From Octopus sinensis (lineage: Eukaryota): a stretch of 64,000 nt of DNA. The notes under the pieces were generated by a model that was not told where the DNA came from, searched no databases, and saw nothing but the letters and a program-made list of their open reading frames with translations. A program made the position numbers and the translations under genes. Location: assembly GCF_006345805.1 (NCBI RefSeq), contig NC_042997.1, forward strand, positions 36,828,001 to 36,892,000, given 5' to 3'. Positions 50,326-63,434 of the stretch are shown here, in pieces (position 1 is the stretch's first letter; the number at the start of each line of letters is the position of its first letter).

Positions 50326-50362
50326 CTTATATCGGAAAAGAACGAACACCCTAAAGCATTAG
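50016..50362 (+). mobile_element. PLE-type terminal repeat
   Basis: Hammerhead followed by T-rich tail whose reverse complement occurs at 48617-48820 and 49562-49760. Confidence 0.75.
50041..50083 (+). ncRNA. Minimal type I hammerhead ribozyme
   Basis: CCAC-CTGAAGA-TTGTC(GATCAG)GACAA-GAAA-CAATTG-TA-GTGG; cut after A50079. Confidence 0.8.
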
Positions 50363-50471
50363 ATCCCTGGCATATTTAGAAGATTGACTGTTATTGCCCG
50401 TTAACGCACACTCCGTTTGCAGAGTGTAGGCTACAACGTTGTTTGTGTTCTGCACGCATATAAATATTGGC

Positions 50472-50636
50472 ACTCCTTCTCTTACAACGACGAGTATTCA
50501 AGTTGATCTGATAAATGAAAAGGCTTGCCCACGAAATTAATGTGCAAGTGGCTGAGCACGCCACAAACACACACACTCTTAACTTAATTTTCAGAGAGAA
50601 TAAGCGTAACACTAGTTGTCACAAGGTTTGCCCTTC
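50472..50636 (-). mobile_element. Degenerate 3' fragment of OR-like SINE
   Basis: gcactcc..acaacgacgag..agttgatc..cgaaattaatgtgcaagtggctgagcac aligns to 37582-37750. Confidence 0.65.
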
Positions 50637-52819
50637 AAAATACTACTCAGGCTGAGATTCTGTAAGTCCTATAGCAACTTCCAGAGAGAAATCGTTTCTG
50701 ATTTACGGTTGCTAAGGTCTTCCGACAGGGCAAATATGTATACAGAGTACGCTCATGCTCATATGATATATTTTATAAGATAGCATCTCATAGAACTGTA
50801 GACGCATTAACCTATATGCATACAATAGTGAAGCAAGCAATTAGCCATCGTTCTAGGTATAGCCGATCGAAGACCACAATCCAAGTTTTGCCTCTACCTC
50901 CAAACGCCACCTAATTATGTGTGTAATTGCGTGTGCGTAAGAGAGAGAGAGAGAGAGAGAGAGGGGAGGAGAGAGAGAATGAGTGAAGCTGTGTGGTATC
51001 ATATATATATTTTTGCACGTATGTATGTATAGTGGCACGCATTCGATCTCTCTCTCTTTCTCTCACACACATTATCTTTCATATACTATTATATAAATAG
51101 ATGTGCATAGATCTTTTGTTTTTATGTGTGCGTGTGCATATGAGAGAGAATGTGAGTGACTATAATTCGTTATAGCCTATATAGTAATGGATGTCTTTTA
51201 AGGTACACACACATATAGGAAATGTGACGTCATCGTCCCCGAGCTACAAACTGTCGCTTAGGATAGTTTAATTATACAAAGATTATAACGTTAATTTTTT
51301 GCTATGTAAATATATAAAGGAAACTAATTTTTAATTTTTTTGCTGAACGATTGCTGAAACTTTTAATATCCTATACGTCAAAATCAGCCACTCACCTTTG
51401 GAATCTATTCGTTATTTTCAGTAATTTTCTTCATGCTTTGAAGAGAGCAGAAACTGGAAAATACGAGAAAGTGAAAAATGTATATACGTGTAAAATGAAA
51501 TGGACGCGTGTGTGTTTCTGTTTGTGTGCGTGTGCGTGAGAGTGAGGGACGGAAAGAGATCGTGAGTGAGTGGATGTGTGAGCGAGTGAAGGTGTGTTAC
51601 CATGTATGTGTAAGTGATACTCGGTCTCTCTCTCACACATCTTTCATATACACATACGTAAATACATATGCATACATCTTTTTTGTATATATGTGTTCAT
51701 GTGCTTGTGAGATGAGAATGGGTGACTGTATTTAGTCTTAGCGCATAGGGAAACAGTTGTCCTTTAAGGTACACACACATAAAGAAAGTGTGACGTGGCC
51801 GTCGTTGTTGTGGTATAAAATGGTTACGATAGCTGAATTATAAAAAGAAATTATATTAAATTTTTGTAATGTAAATATGTAAATGAAAATAAAGAGTATT
51901 TGATAGTCGTAAGATTACTCAACCTTTTGTTATCTCATGCTTCAAAATCGGCAACTGAGTTTTCGAATGCATAAGGAAGATACACACACAGACACAAACT
52001 CTCTTTTATAGAAAATTTTATAGAAACATAGAAACTCTCCTTTATATATATGGAAGTGTCCCGGTATGTCGTTCTCTCTAGCTGTCTCTCATATATCCCT
52101 GTGCGTCTATCTCTTCCTGTCCCCCCCCCCTTCACACTATCATTATTCCACATTTCCGTAGTCGGTCCATTATCGGTTTCTTTTGAAATTCAAGTAGCCT
52201 ATAACTGAACTAGACGTTAGTTCAACATGTGAAGCTTGGTACCCTGGTTTGGGCAGCAAGATAGTAACAGACAGACGGAAAGACAGAAATTGCAATATAA
52301 GATACATGTGTGTGTGTATTGCACTGTAACGTGTCAATGTTTATGTTTTTGGGTATTCGGTATAACGACGATCTTTGTGTTGTGGAATGTGGTTATATTC
52401 TTAGAGAGAGCTAACCAGTTTAAATTTGCAGTCCATTTGGAATACGAAATTTTTCAAAGTTGTGTAGTTTAAAGTAATTTTCTGTGGCGTGGGCAGGGAG
52501 AGAATATTTCTTCTGTTATTTATAGCTTGTTGTGTGGTTCAAAGTTTAGATTTGATACCTCTTTCGCCAAACTCACAGTTTTTGCGAGTACTTGTGTTTC
52601 TAACAAACTATATCACAGCATGACCAATTAACCTCCATAGAAATTTCAAAGATAATACCACATAGATGTTAAATCAACGCAACAGTTGTTTGAGTACACC
52701 AACTTATTCGTGAGACAATTATTTAGAGAAAAATGTTCTGCCATCATACCCATGGCAGGTAAACGAAAGACACAGGCAGGAAGATTAGTGATGTGTACAG
52801 GAAAACTCTGTTACAGATC

Positions 52820-54030
52820 GAATGTGCCAGAAATGGTTTTCAAGAATTCCGGAAATTTTTCTTTTCAAACTGAACTTCACATTGGATGGCCAACTGAGGT
52901 GAAGGAGTTAGTCGAGATCAATACCACTTATAATAGACGACGATGGTCGCAGATAGTCTCCAAAAATCGAGGCTGAGTGTTGAAAACCATCAACATCAGG
53001 CTTGATGATTTGGTCCCACATCCACTGAATGTGAAGGGCATGGCCCAAAGTACGTCTGACTTCGGTTCATTGCAGATGCGTGAATAGAACCGATCCTTTT
53101 ATGAAACAAATGGTAAAAGGAATCGAAAAATGGATTGTCTATGTCAATGTGAAGCTCAAATCCATAACGTTGAAAGCGCTGTGAATCACCATATAGAACC
53201 TCGAAAGCACGACTTGCATCCATTGAAGCTGTTGCGAGTTGTCTTATGAAGATTCGTCTATGCTGTTGTGATAGCTGGTTGAGTTAATGAATGTAAATAT
53301 ATACTTTTGGTTGCGTAATGTAGTAACCGAACAAGACCCTGGAACATTTAACTGAATATAAACTGTTTTGACATTTTACAGTTAACAGCAGACTGAGAGA
53401 GAGACACATATCTCAGGTTAGAAAAATATATTATTACAGCAACCTACGGCTTGCCGAACATTCTACAATGTTCGACAAAACAATATTCATTGACATCATC
53501 GCTTCCCAATGACTAAGTAAGTAACAGACCGACCACGTGAAACTATTATTGTTTTCTGGCGATGTCTGAGCGCGTATCCAGGGATTCGGTTTCGAATCAC
53601 TACTACAAAGATTATGATTTCAATTGGGCGAATTGAAAGAGTTTTCTTTTTTACTCGCTTCTCCCCACAAGATTAGCATTTGTGATGCTTACTGTAACCA
53701 GCTGGAGCGATCCACCAGAAGCTTCCAGAACTTGCTAATCGTACGTACATTGTCTTTCATCCCAATAATGCCAAACACCTCCATGTTTTACGGACACAGG
53801 AGGCGTTGTCGTGTCTTGGTTGCGAATTTTTGCTTCACCTTCTATATTCGCCCGAACTTGCGTCTTAATTCTCTTCAAAATTCATTGAATGGACAGATTT
53901 TCAGCTCTGGAGAGATTGTAGATATTCACCTGGAATACTTCTTGACCACTGAATTGAGGATGTTCCAATAAAATAGAACAAGATACTGAAAATAAATGGC
54001 AATGCTATCATTGATTGAATAATTCGTTTC
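52820..54030 (+). mobile_element. Decayed mariner (DD34D-type) transposase, interrupted by ~330 bp at 53270-53600
   Basis: LVPHPLN, DPFMKQMVKGIEKWIVYVNVK, DLHPLK, YCNQLE, VFHPNNA, LYSPELA, SLQNSLNGQIF. Confidence 0.82.
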
Positions 54031-56564
54031 TGGGTTTAAAACTTCTGACTTATTATCCTTCAAATACGCGAACGGACATTCCAGCCAACACAATATAATG
54101 TTCATATAACTACAACAGTGAGTACATACAATAATTACAATAAATTCTAAATATATAAATCTTTATATCTTGATTTAGTTTATCCTAATTCACACTATTT
54201 TCATCATTATATTTATCATTATTTTCACCTTAATTATTATATTTTCCCTACTCATACGTTTTTAAAATCCGATCGGTAAAAATTAATTTGGAAATGTTTT
54301 TTCGGCCATGGTATAGAAGGAGGAGCAGAACAAACATTACTGTATCTGGTGATGTTTGATCATTATGCATTCAAGTGTGTATTATTATATCCGTGACTAT
54401 AAAGCTTCCTTCAATAATTATTCACTTTGCACGTTAGGCCGATCAATGATGGATCTATACAAGACACATTATAAATGTTCGTACAAAATGCGGTGATTTC
54501 AGTCAAAATTAAAACTTCGTTACCAAAGAGAAAACGGGTATTATCCATACACACAAACACACACACACATATATATATATGGCGTGTGTGTGTGCGTGTA
54601 ACATACACATATACACAAACACACATATATGTCAATGTGTGTCCTTCAAATAACTAGAAAACCTGGGTAGAACCCAGTGTTGCGTTTCAATTTTTAACGT
54701 ATTTCAATCTCTACCTGTAGAAATACATTGGGATGCAAGGAAATACTGACGTCTTAGTTCTTTGTGACTAGAGTTTAGTTAAATATGAAATATGTTGATT
54801 GAAGCATTATGTGAGGTAAGGAGAAAAGCTATACCTTGCATTTACGTCAGGCGTGGAATTTCACGCAAATTACAACAGGTTTTGCAGATATTTATGCATT
54901 TGAGACAGCAAATTCATTCATAATTTATAAAGAATCAGTATTGATGTATTGTATCAGCAGCTGAAGATTAGAAATGAACTTAATCATGTAATTTTTATAA
55001 AGTGCATAATGTTTTGCGTAAAAAAGAGCACCAGATATATGAACGGGGGTGCTGATATGGTCGTTATAGGGGTTAGATATTATCAACGCTGAGCATTTTT
55101 TTCTAATCTCGGAGAAAATGCTTTCTATTTGAACCAGTTTCTACAAGAGTAATCATCAGAAATTAAGACACGTAAAATTTGTAGATTTGCAAGATTATTC
55201 TCCTAAGTGTTTAGCGACTGTAAATTGATGCATTTGAAAGATTAGCATTTTTGTACTGGAAGATCCTTTTGCGTTTTATGTTCATTAAACGTAGGAATTT
55301 GTATGTTTGTATGTTTACAAAATGAATATATGTGTCGAATGTTAGATAGAGCACGATAGAGAAGGATATCCAATGCTTTGATATATATTATAGACATTAC
55401 ATAAATGTGTACAAATTGAAGCTTAATTGGTTGTGAGAAGAGGGTAGAAAATATGCTATGGAGTTTCTGTTTAGATTGAACAGCAGACTTTTAAAGGGGT
55501 AGGCTGAAGATTTTATAGAGAACCTGCAACGCAACAGTCTCATAGAAAATTTATAATCTAATACATGGAAACAGATGAAGCACATATCAAGTAAACGAAC
55601 TCAGTTATTGATGATGTCATAAATAACAGTATTGCTTCAATCGAAGGTTTGAATACGAAGTATGACAAGTGCGTAGGCAAAGTGGGAAAGCATTAAACAT
55701 AGTATACGCTGCTGAGAAGAAAGAGTGAACTGAGCGAGATGAATGAGGTGGTTGCTAAGAGTTTCAAATGTTGAAATGTTGATGACAGCTGAGTACTTCA
55801 GAGATTGATATTTGTGTGCTTAAGATACAATGCCAAGCGTTTCTATAGCTTGTGATAGATACATAATGGGATAAATTTAGTTTTGTGACTATAGCTCTGG
55901 AGCTCAATGATTAATAGTCCAGGCAGTAAAACGTCGTAACTACTTACCTTGCTCGCTTGACGACCTCATCAATAAATTGTCCCAATAGGTTATTGTTTGT
56001 ACATAAGTAAGAGGCAATACGTATTGAAATAATTTCATTTTAGTTGGAATTGTCATGTGTAATGTTGAATAACAATCAGATTTGCATTAAAGATGATGAT
56101 TTTGTTATATGACAGCTACATACAAAAGTATAAATACTAGAAACAAGACTGTTTTCAATAAGATGTAGCTTTACCATACTATGAATATGTATGGTAAGGC
56201 CTTGATTGACAGAGCTAGAGAGAAACACAGATGGGTTGCAAGAAAGAAAGCCATGTATGCTAGAAATAGGAATTAAGCACACAAGTGAATGAGGTTAGTA
56301 ACTGGTAATGTCTCTCTGAAATCGCATCGTATGTGTATGATGAATGAAGCATCTAGTAATATTCGTATTCATTTAAGACTTCTAATTTTTGCAACGTGCA
56401 CAGGTAAGAGATGTAAGGTTTATGCTGGAATAATTATCTATATTGTGATGTATCTGGATGTAACTGTAAGGGAAATTATTTGATAAAAGTTGTTGTTGTT
56501 TGAAGTCTATCAAACACAAAACAACCAAGGTCAATTAAGTATGATATATACGCCATTCGATCAT

Positions 56565-56695
56565 TATTTACGTTATTTAAAATTGACAGATATTTATCCT
56601 CATCTTTGTTGTTAACACATTTCGGATGATATACCCTCCAGCCTTGAGGAAATTTCGAACCTGGGTTCTCATTCCTAAGTAATTTTTCGATGTTA
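56565..56695 (-). mobile_element. PLE terminal repeat of the 24781 family with hammerhead core deleted
   Basis: Matches 24725-24860 but lacks catcaggtgtc (the CTGATGA core and stem I). Confidence 0.7.
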
Positions 56696-56931
56696 ATTAT
56701 TATTATTATTATTGTTGTTACTATTATCATTATTATTATTATTATTATTATTATTACTTTTTTTTTCTTCTTTCAAATTTCTTCCATTTCTTGCCGAGTG
56801 TCTTCCCGACTCCTAGGGCAAAGAAACTCATAGTGTATATTGGTAGGCCATTAAACCAAACTCAGTAGTTCGTTCGTTTTTTTTTTTTTTTTTTGTAAAG
56901 TTAAATTAAAATACATGAGCAGCAACAGTTC

Positions 56932-58457
56932 TCACATCGACAATGCTCTTCTCAATACGTGTGATGTACCAGTTAAGACAATCTTTTGCACTTCTTGCAG
57001 GGATGGTAAGCCAGGGATCATTCTCATATAATTTTCGGTTCCTTCTTGATCATTCCTAGTGCTCCTACGATCACTGGTATTGTAACCGCCTTGAGATGCC
57101 ACATTTTCTCAATTTCAATGAGTAGGTCTTTATATTTTCTGAGCTTGTCAAACTCTTTCGCTGAGATATTATGATCACAGGGGATGCTCATGTTGATCAA
57201 TAAGCAAACTTTATTGTTTTGGTCTTTCACAACAATATCTGGTTTATTGGCCTTGATGGTTCGGTCTGTATGTACTGGAAAGTCCCACAGAATGGTTACA
57301 TTTTCTCCTTCAGTTACAGCCTCAGGGTGGTGATTATACCACTTGTCGGCAGTTTTGATATTGTAATGCCGACTTATTAGCCAGTGGAGATATTGGCCAA
57401 CTCTGTCATGTCTTAATTTATACTCCACTGGTGCTAAGACTTTACATCCAGAGATTAGATGGTCCACTGTTTCAATCATGTCGTTGCAGAATCGGCATTT
57501 TGGGTCTGCTTCATTTTTCATCACATTGGCCTGGTAGTTCCGGGTTGATAGGCTTTGGTCTTGAGCAGCCTGGATGAAACCTTCGCTCTCTGCTTTTAGC
57601 CCTGAGCTCCGCAGCCACTGATGGGTTTGCTTCTGGTCAACATCAGCTTGTTTGCTGCGGGTCACATATTTGCCGTGCAGAGGTTTCTCCTCCCACCTAT
57701 CAGCCAATTGCTCGTGCGCTTTTTTCATTGCCATCATTTTCACCTTCTTTGCAACAATAGTTGCCGTACTTCCCTCGGGTTGTTCAGTTTGGGTATCCTG
57801 CACGAGATCAATAGCAAATTTTTTGCTTTCCGTGATGATAGAATGAAGCTTCTTTCGTCTCTCGTGATTTTCCACGAGCTTTAGCATCCAGTCATTCGAT
57901 ATTTCGAGATATTTGGCCAGTCCAATTGTGGTTGTTTTGTAAGCTAGTTCAAATTGGATCAGGCCTCGACCTCCTTGGGCTCTGGGAAGGTAAAGGCGAT
58001 CTACGTCTGCCTTTGGGTGGTGCATCCTATTACAACTCAGCAGCTTGCGTATTTTTCTATCTATATTCTTTACTTCACTCATATTCCAGTTCAACACATT
58101 GTAGCTATAAGTAACAACTGGAACTGCTAGGGAATTTATAGCTAACACCTTGTTACGTGCATTTAGTTCAGAGTTCAGGACTGCACGAACTCTCCTATAA
58201 CATTCCTTCCTGATTTTCTCTTTCATGCTTGCATGCTGAATACCAGAGCCTTCATTTATCCCTAAATATTTGTATGTTTGTTCTTGCTCAAGCTCTCTTA
58301 TGACTGTGTCAACATCTAACACGACTGAATTTGTGGTCTTCACTTTCCCTTTCTGGAAAGTGGCCTTGGCACACTTCTCAAGTCCAAACTCCATCCCGAT
58401 GTCATCGCTGAATGATTTCACGGTGCGCAATAGGCCTTCAAGTTCATTATTTACCAT
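56932..58457 (-). pseudogene. R4/Dong ORF, RT thumb, CCHC finger and RLE endonuclease
   Basis: DVDRLYLPRAQGGRGL, CRFC..ETVDHLISGC, RHD, KPDIVV; after a -1 slip near 57040 it continues ..VQKIVLTGTSHVLRRALSM* to TGA at 56932. Confidence 0.92.
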
Positions 58458-60600
58458 AAAGTTTTAAGTCATCCATATAAAATAGATGGCTTATTTTTTT
58501 ATTGGCAATTTTATACCCATACCCTGTTCTCTTTAATTCACTTGTAAGGGGTATTAGGGCTATGCAGAATATTAAAGGTGAAAGTGAGACACCTTGAAAA
58601 ATTCCACAGTTGATGTTTATATTTTCTGAGGCAAGTACTCCATTAGAGTGGTATAATTGGAGATTCGTATTCCACAACGACATATTGTGCTTCAGGAAGT
58701 TTGAAATCACAGGGGAAATTTTGAAGATGTCCAGCGATCTCAAGATCCATGGATGCGGTATACTGTCGAAGGCCTTTTTATAGTCAATCCATGCGGTGCT
58801 GAGATTTCTGCGCTTGTTGTGACAGTTCTCAAGGATCATACGATTGATTAGCAGTTGATCTTTGCATCCGTAAGAGCCTCGGCGGCACCCTTTTTGTTCG
58901 ATGGGGAAAATATCGTTCTTCTCCATGAATGCATATGTTTTCTCCGCCAGGATAGATGTTAGGATTTTATACGTGGTGGATAGACAGGTTATAGGCCGAT
59001 AGTTTTTTGGAAGGTTGGTTTCGTTATTCTTTGGGAGTAGGTAAGTAATGCCACTTGCTAACCATTCAGGTGTTTTCTTTGGGTCTCTCATAATTCCATT
59101 GAGCAGCTGAACTAGCTTACCGTGTGCGCACGGGAGCGATGCGAGCCAGAAATTCGGCACCCTATCTTTACCGGGGGATTTCCAATTATGGGCCTTCGTG
59201 AGTGCCTTTCTTAGGTCTGCTATTGTGATGTCTTCCCATGCTTGTTGTTGTAAATTTTGGTAGGATCCTTCAGTTTGTATAATCCAGTCTGCATTTATGT
59301 TGTACATCTTCTTGTCACTCCAAATCCTTTTCCAAAAGTTTTGAACTTCTTCCATGGGAGGGGGGTCTTTAACGGTTACTTTCTCCTTCCCTATTTCTCT
59401 GTAGAATTTTTTGGCATTGGATGTGAACAGCTTATTTTGCTTGTAAAACTTGTTTCTCTTCTCAAATCTTCGTATTCTTTGGGCTTTTGCTTGGACTTTT
59501 TGTTTCAGCGTTTCTTTTATTGATATCAGTTCTTCTCTTGGTGAGGATCCAAATTTTCTCTTCATCTTTCTTCCTGTTCTGGATCTTACATCATTTCCAC
59601 ATATTAGTTCATTTAATATTGATATTTCCCCTCTCATAAATTCAATCTCTTTTTCAATTTTACTTCTCCAGGTTTGATTTCTTCCCAGGTTTTGTTTTCT
59701 TTGTTTTTTCGGGGGCATACAGCTGGTTTCAATTGCCCTAGCAGAAGCGTAAATAATTTCATTTAACTCAGTAAAATCAGGTTTTAATTCTCGTATTATT
59801 TCATTTGTTACATAGTTGCCAATTTGGATTTGTTTTTTATTTTGGTTTGTATTTGAGAGTTTATGAAGCGGTTCTCTATCATTCATACTTGTATGTCTTA
59901 CAACTTCAAGCGTATTCAGGATTTTCTGCCTCATTTCTGCTATAGACTCTCTGTGTTCTTCAGCAAATGCGAGATCTTCAGTTACTGTTGTTTTTTCGTT
60001 TTCCTGGCTATCTTTAACAGGTACAATAGAATTTCTTGTATCTTCAGGCCTTTGCGTACTTTGGTCAGATGGCAGTGTTTCAATTAAGCCTCGTGGCGGG
60101 CTATACTGTTCATCTGATTCTTCATTTCCTCTGTGTCTTATATTTATGTCATTGATCGCGCTTATTTCACTGTCTGTGAGTCTGTTATTTCTAAAGATAT
60201 CCCTCCTCACATTTGCTAATTTGTTCTCGTCCAAATAGGGCCTACTGTCTTGATTCCGTGTTCTCCATATAGTGTAAGAGTTTGCGGTGTGTCTCTCTTG
60301 AGATGGCCTACCTAATGCATAGTAATAAGCGTATATTACTTCTTTATACTCTTCTCGGGTCCATTTGTTCCGCTTACATTTTTCTTTCTGTGGTGGTTGT
60401 GGTGGTGAACTTGGAGGGCTCGAGTTGGGGGATTTCCCGTTGAAGTGACCATCCATGTCCGTATTCGGAGAAGAGTTTGTGCCAGTTGATGACTTTTCGA
60501 TCCCAGGCTGGCTCTTCCCTGGGGGACGCGCTTCCAGATTAACCATAGGACAAGCGATTTGGTATACTGATTTAGTTTTCCTTTTAGTTTCCAAAAACAT
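58447..60600 (-). pseudogene. R4/Dong ORF, N-terminal domain and RT up to YMDD
   Basis: WTREEYKEV N-terminal motif, WKSPGKDRVPNFW, PKNYRPITCL, AWIDYKKAFDSIPH, GIFQGVSLSP, HLFYMDDLKLYGK. Confidence 0.92.
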
Positions 60601-61032
60601 TTTGGTGCTACGACAATGTTATCATTTTTTAGCTTTGATTGGCTCGTGGGGAGACGGCCATCATTGCCGTTACAATTATAATCGTACCATTATAGCAGCC
60701 GTAGTCGGCTTATTATTGCTATTATCATCACCATTACCATCACTATCATCATTATCACCACCATTACCATCATCATTATCATCATCACCATCACCATCAC
60801 CACCATCATCATCAATGATATTGTTTTATGTGTAGTCACAGCAGTATCTTATTATTGTTATTTTTGTTTTTTTATCATTATCACCATCACAGTAGTGTCT
60901 GTCTGTCTCGTTGGCTGGCTTGGTGGTTGGCTGGCTGACTGTCTTTTTTTTTTTTTTTTGGGTGAGGTCGTATTGGTCAAAAAAAAAAAAAATTTCAGAT
61001 GTTTACTACTATTAGGCTTAAGAAAAATTAAG

Positions 61033-63230
61033 GAAGGGCTGTTCTGTATTGTTTGTGAATAGAGAAGTTGTGTTCGACCAGAGAGAATCGTAGCATCATC
61101 ATTTTTTTTTTCCACGTGCGTTTGTGTTATTGCAATTAAAAGTGTTTGTATATTTCCTGTAAGGTAATATTGTGGAGGTTGAAGTTGACTTTTCTAGAGA
61201 TGTTTGTATGTCCAGTTAGAAGAACAGGTGTGTTTTTACAATAAAAAGTATATGTTTACATTTAATTTTGAATATTCAGGGAGGAAGCAAAGAAAAGTCA
61301 GATTTTCATAGAAAGTTTTAGGGTTTTGTAAGTCCACAAAAAGAAAAAAAAGAAAAGCGTGATGTTTTTAGAGAGAAGAAAAAAAAAGGATGTTTACAGA
61401 GGCAATTGTGGGTATCAAAGTTTTTAAAGCTGGTCGAATGTATGATTGAAAACTGTAGATATGTAAATTTGTAAATTTTCTTAACTTATTTTGAAGGGCT
61501 GTTCTGTATTATTTGTGAATAGAGAAGTTGTGTTCGACCAGAGAGAATCTTAGCATCATTATTTTTTCCATGTGCGTTTGTGTTATTGCAATAAAAAATG
61601 TTTGTATATTTCGTGCTTATTTTGAAGGGCTATTCTGTATTATTTGTGAATAGAGAAGCTGTGTTCGACCAGAGAGAATCTTAGCATCATTATTTTTTCC
61701 ATGTGCGTTTGTGTTATTGCAATAAAAAGTGTTAGTATATTTCGTGCAAGGTAATATTGTGGAGGTTGAAGTTGACCCCTCTAGAGATGTTTGTATGTCC
61801 AGTTAGAGGAACAGGTGTGTTTTGCAATAAAAAGTATATGTTTACATTTAATTTTGAATATTCAGGGAGGAAGCAAAGAAAAGTCAGATTTTCATAGAAA
61901 GTTTTAGGGTTTTGTAAGTCCACAAAAAGAAAAAAAAGAAAAGCGTGATGTTTTTAGAGAGAAGAAAAAAAAAGGATGTTTACAGAGGCAATTGTGGGTA
62001 TCAAAGTTTTTAAAGCTGGTCGAATGTATGATTGAAAACTGTAGATATGTAAATTTGTAAATTTCTTAACTTATTTTGAAGGGCTGTTCTGTATTATTTG
62101 TGAATAGAGAAGTTGTGTTCGACCAGAGAGAATCTTAGCATCATTATTTTTTCCATGTGCGTTTGTGTTATTGCAATAAAAAATGTTTGTATATTTCGTG
62201 CTTATTTTGAAGGGCTATTCTGTATTATTTGTGAATAGAGAAGCTGTGTTCGACCAGAGAGAATCTTAGCATCATTATTTTTTCCATGTGCGTTTGTGTT
62301 ATTGCAATAAAAAGTGTTAGTATATTTCGTGCAAGGTAATATTGTGGAGGTTGAAGTTGACCCCTCTAGAGATGTTTGTATGTCCAGTTAGAGGAACAGG
62401 TGTGTTTTGCAATAAAGAGTATATGTTTACATTTATATTTGAATATTCTGGGAGGAAGCAAGAAAAGTCAGATTTTCATAGAAAGTTTTAGGGTTTTGTA
62501 AGTCCACAAAAAGAAAAAAAAGAAAAGCGTGATGTTTTTAGAGAGAAGAAAAAAAAAGGATGTTTACAGAGGCAATTGTGGGTATCAAAGTTTTTAAAGC
62601 TGGTCGAATGTATGATTGAAAACTGTAGATATGTAAATTTGTAAATTTCTTAACTTATTTTGAAGGGCTGTTCTGTATTATTTGTGAATAGAGAAGTTGT
62701 GTTCGACCAGAGAGAATCTTAGCATCATTATTTTTTCCATGTGCGTTTGTGTTATTGCAATAAAAAATGTTTGTATATTTCGTGCTTATTTTGAAGGGCT
62801 ATTCTGTATTATTTGTGAATAGAGAAGCTGTGTTCGACCAGAGAGAATCTTAGCATCATTATTTTTTCCATGTGCGTTTGTGTTATTGCAATAAAAAGTG
62901 TTAGTATATTTCGTGCAAGGTAATATTGTGGAGGTTGAAGTTGACCCCTCTAGAGATGTTTGTATGTCCAGTTAGAGGAACAGGTGTGTTTTGCAATAAA
63001 GAGTATATGTTTACATTTATATTTGAATATTCTGGGAGGAAGCAAAGAAAAGTCAGATTTTCATAGAAAGTTTTAGGGTTTTGCAAGTCCACAAAAAGAA
63101 AAGCGTGATGATTTTAGAGAGAAGAAAAAAAAGGGTGCTTACAGAGGCAGTTGTGGGTATTAAAGTTTTTAAAGCCGATCGGATGTATGTTTGAAAGCTG
63201 CAGATATGTAAATTTGTAAATTTCTTAACC
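61033..63230. repeat. Higher-order tandem array: (A B)(A A B)(A A B)(A A B'), A about 131 bp, period 584-585 bp
   Basis: cttattttgaagggct starts at 61485, 61616, 62070 and 62654. Confidence 0.92.
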
Positions 63231-63397
63231 CACTTTGAAGAGAATTTCAAATACTCACGAGGTATTGTAGATGTTCCAGTCTTTGAGAGTTATTTTTCCC
63301 CGTTGCTAAACTGGCCCATATTAGTGTTTCTATGACTTTCAGCCACCGAACTGTCAGAGCAGTGAGTAACACGTCCAGCCGCTGTCAAGGCTGGCGC

Positions 63398-63430
<33 letters not shown>

Positions 63431-63434
<4 letters not shown>

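Larger units (their letters stand above)
56758..60715 (-). mobile_element. Near full-length R4/Dong-clade non-LTR retrotransposon (RT + restriction-like endonuclease) in a (TAA)n tract
   Basis: Single-ORF architecture broken by two small indels; 3' end abuts (TAA)n at 56695-56757, 5' side abuts ATT/ATC repeats. 5' boundary approximate. Confidence 0.9.

Noticed and set aside
55941-56115. Minus-strand exon ending at a strong AAG/GTAAGT donor (55948)
   Set aside because: The candidate exon from the nearest acceptor has stops in all three frames; isolated donor motifs are expected by chance.
56590-56660. Hammerhead in the repeat next to the R4/Dong 3' end
   Set aside because: The CTGATGA core and stem I are deleted relative to 24781-24826.
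60601-60720. HDV-like ribozyme in the R4/Dong 5' UTR
   Set aside because: Only a 4-bp P1 candidate and a small agccg/cggct hairpin; I could not build P2, P1.1 or P4.
61033-63230. Regular repeat array as a possible CRISPR
   Set aside because: Units are 131-585 bp and contiguous, with no unique spacers and no cas genes; eukaryotic context.
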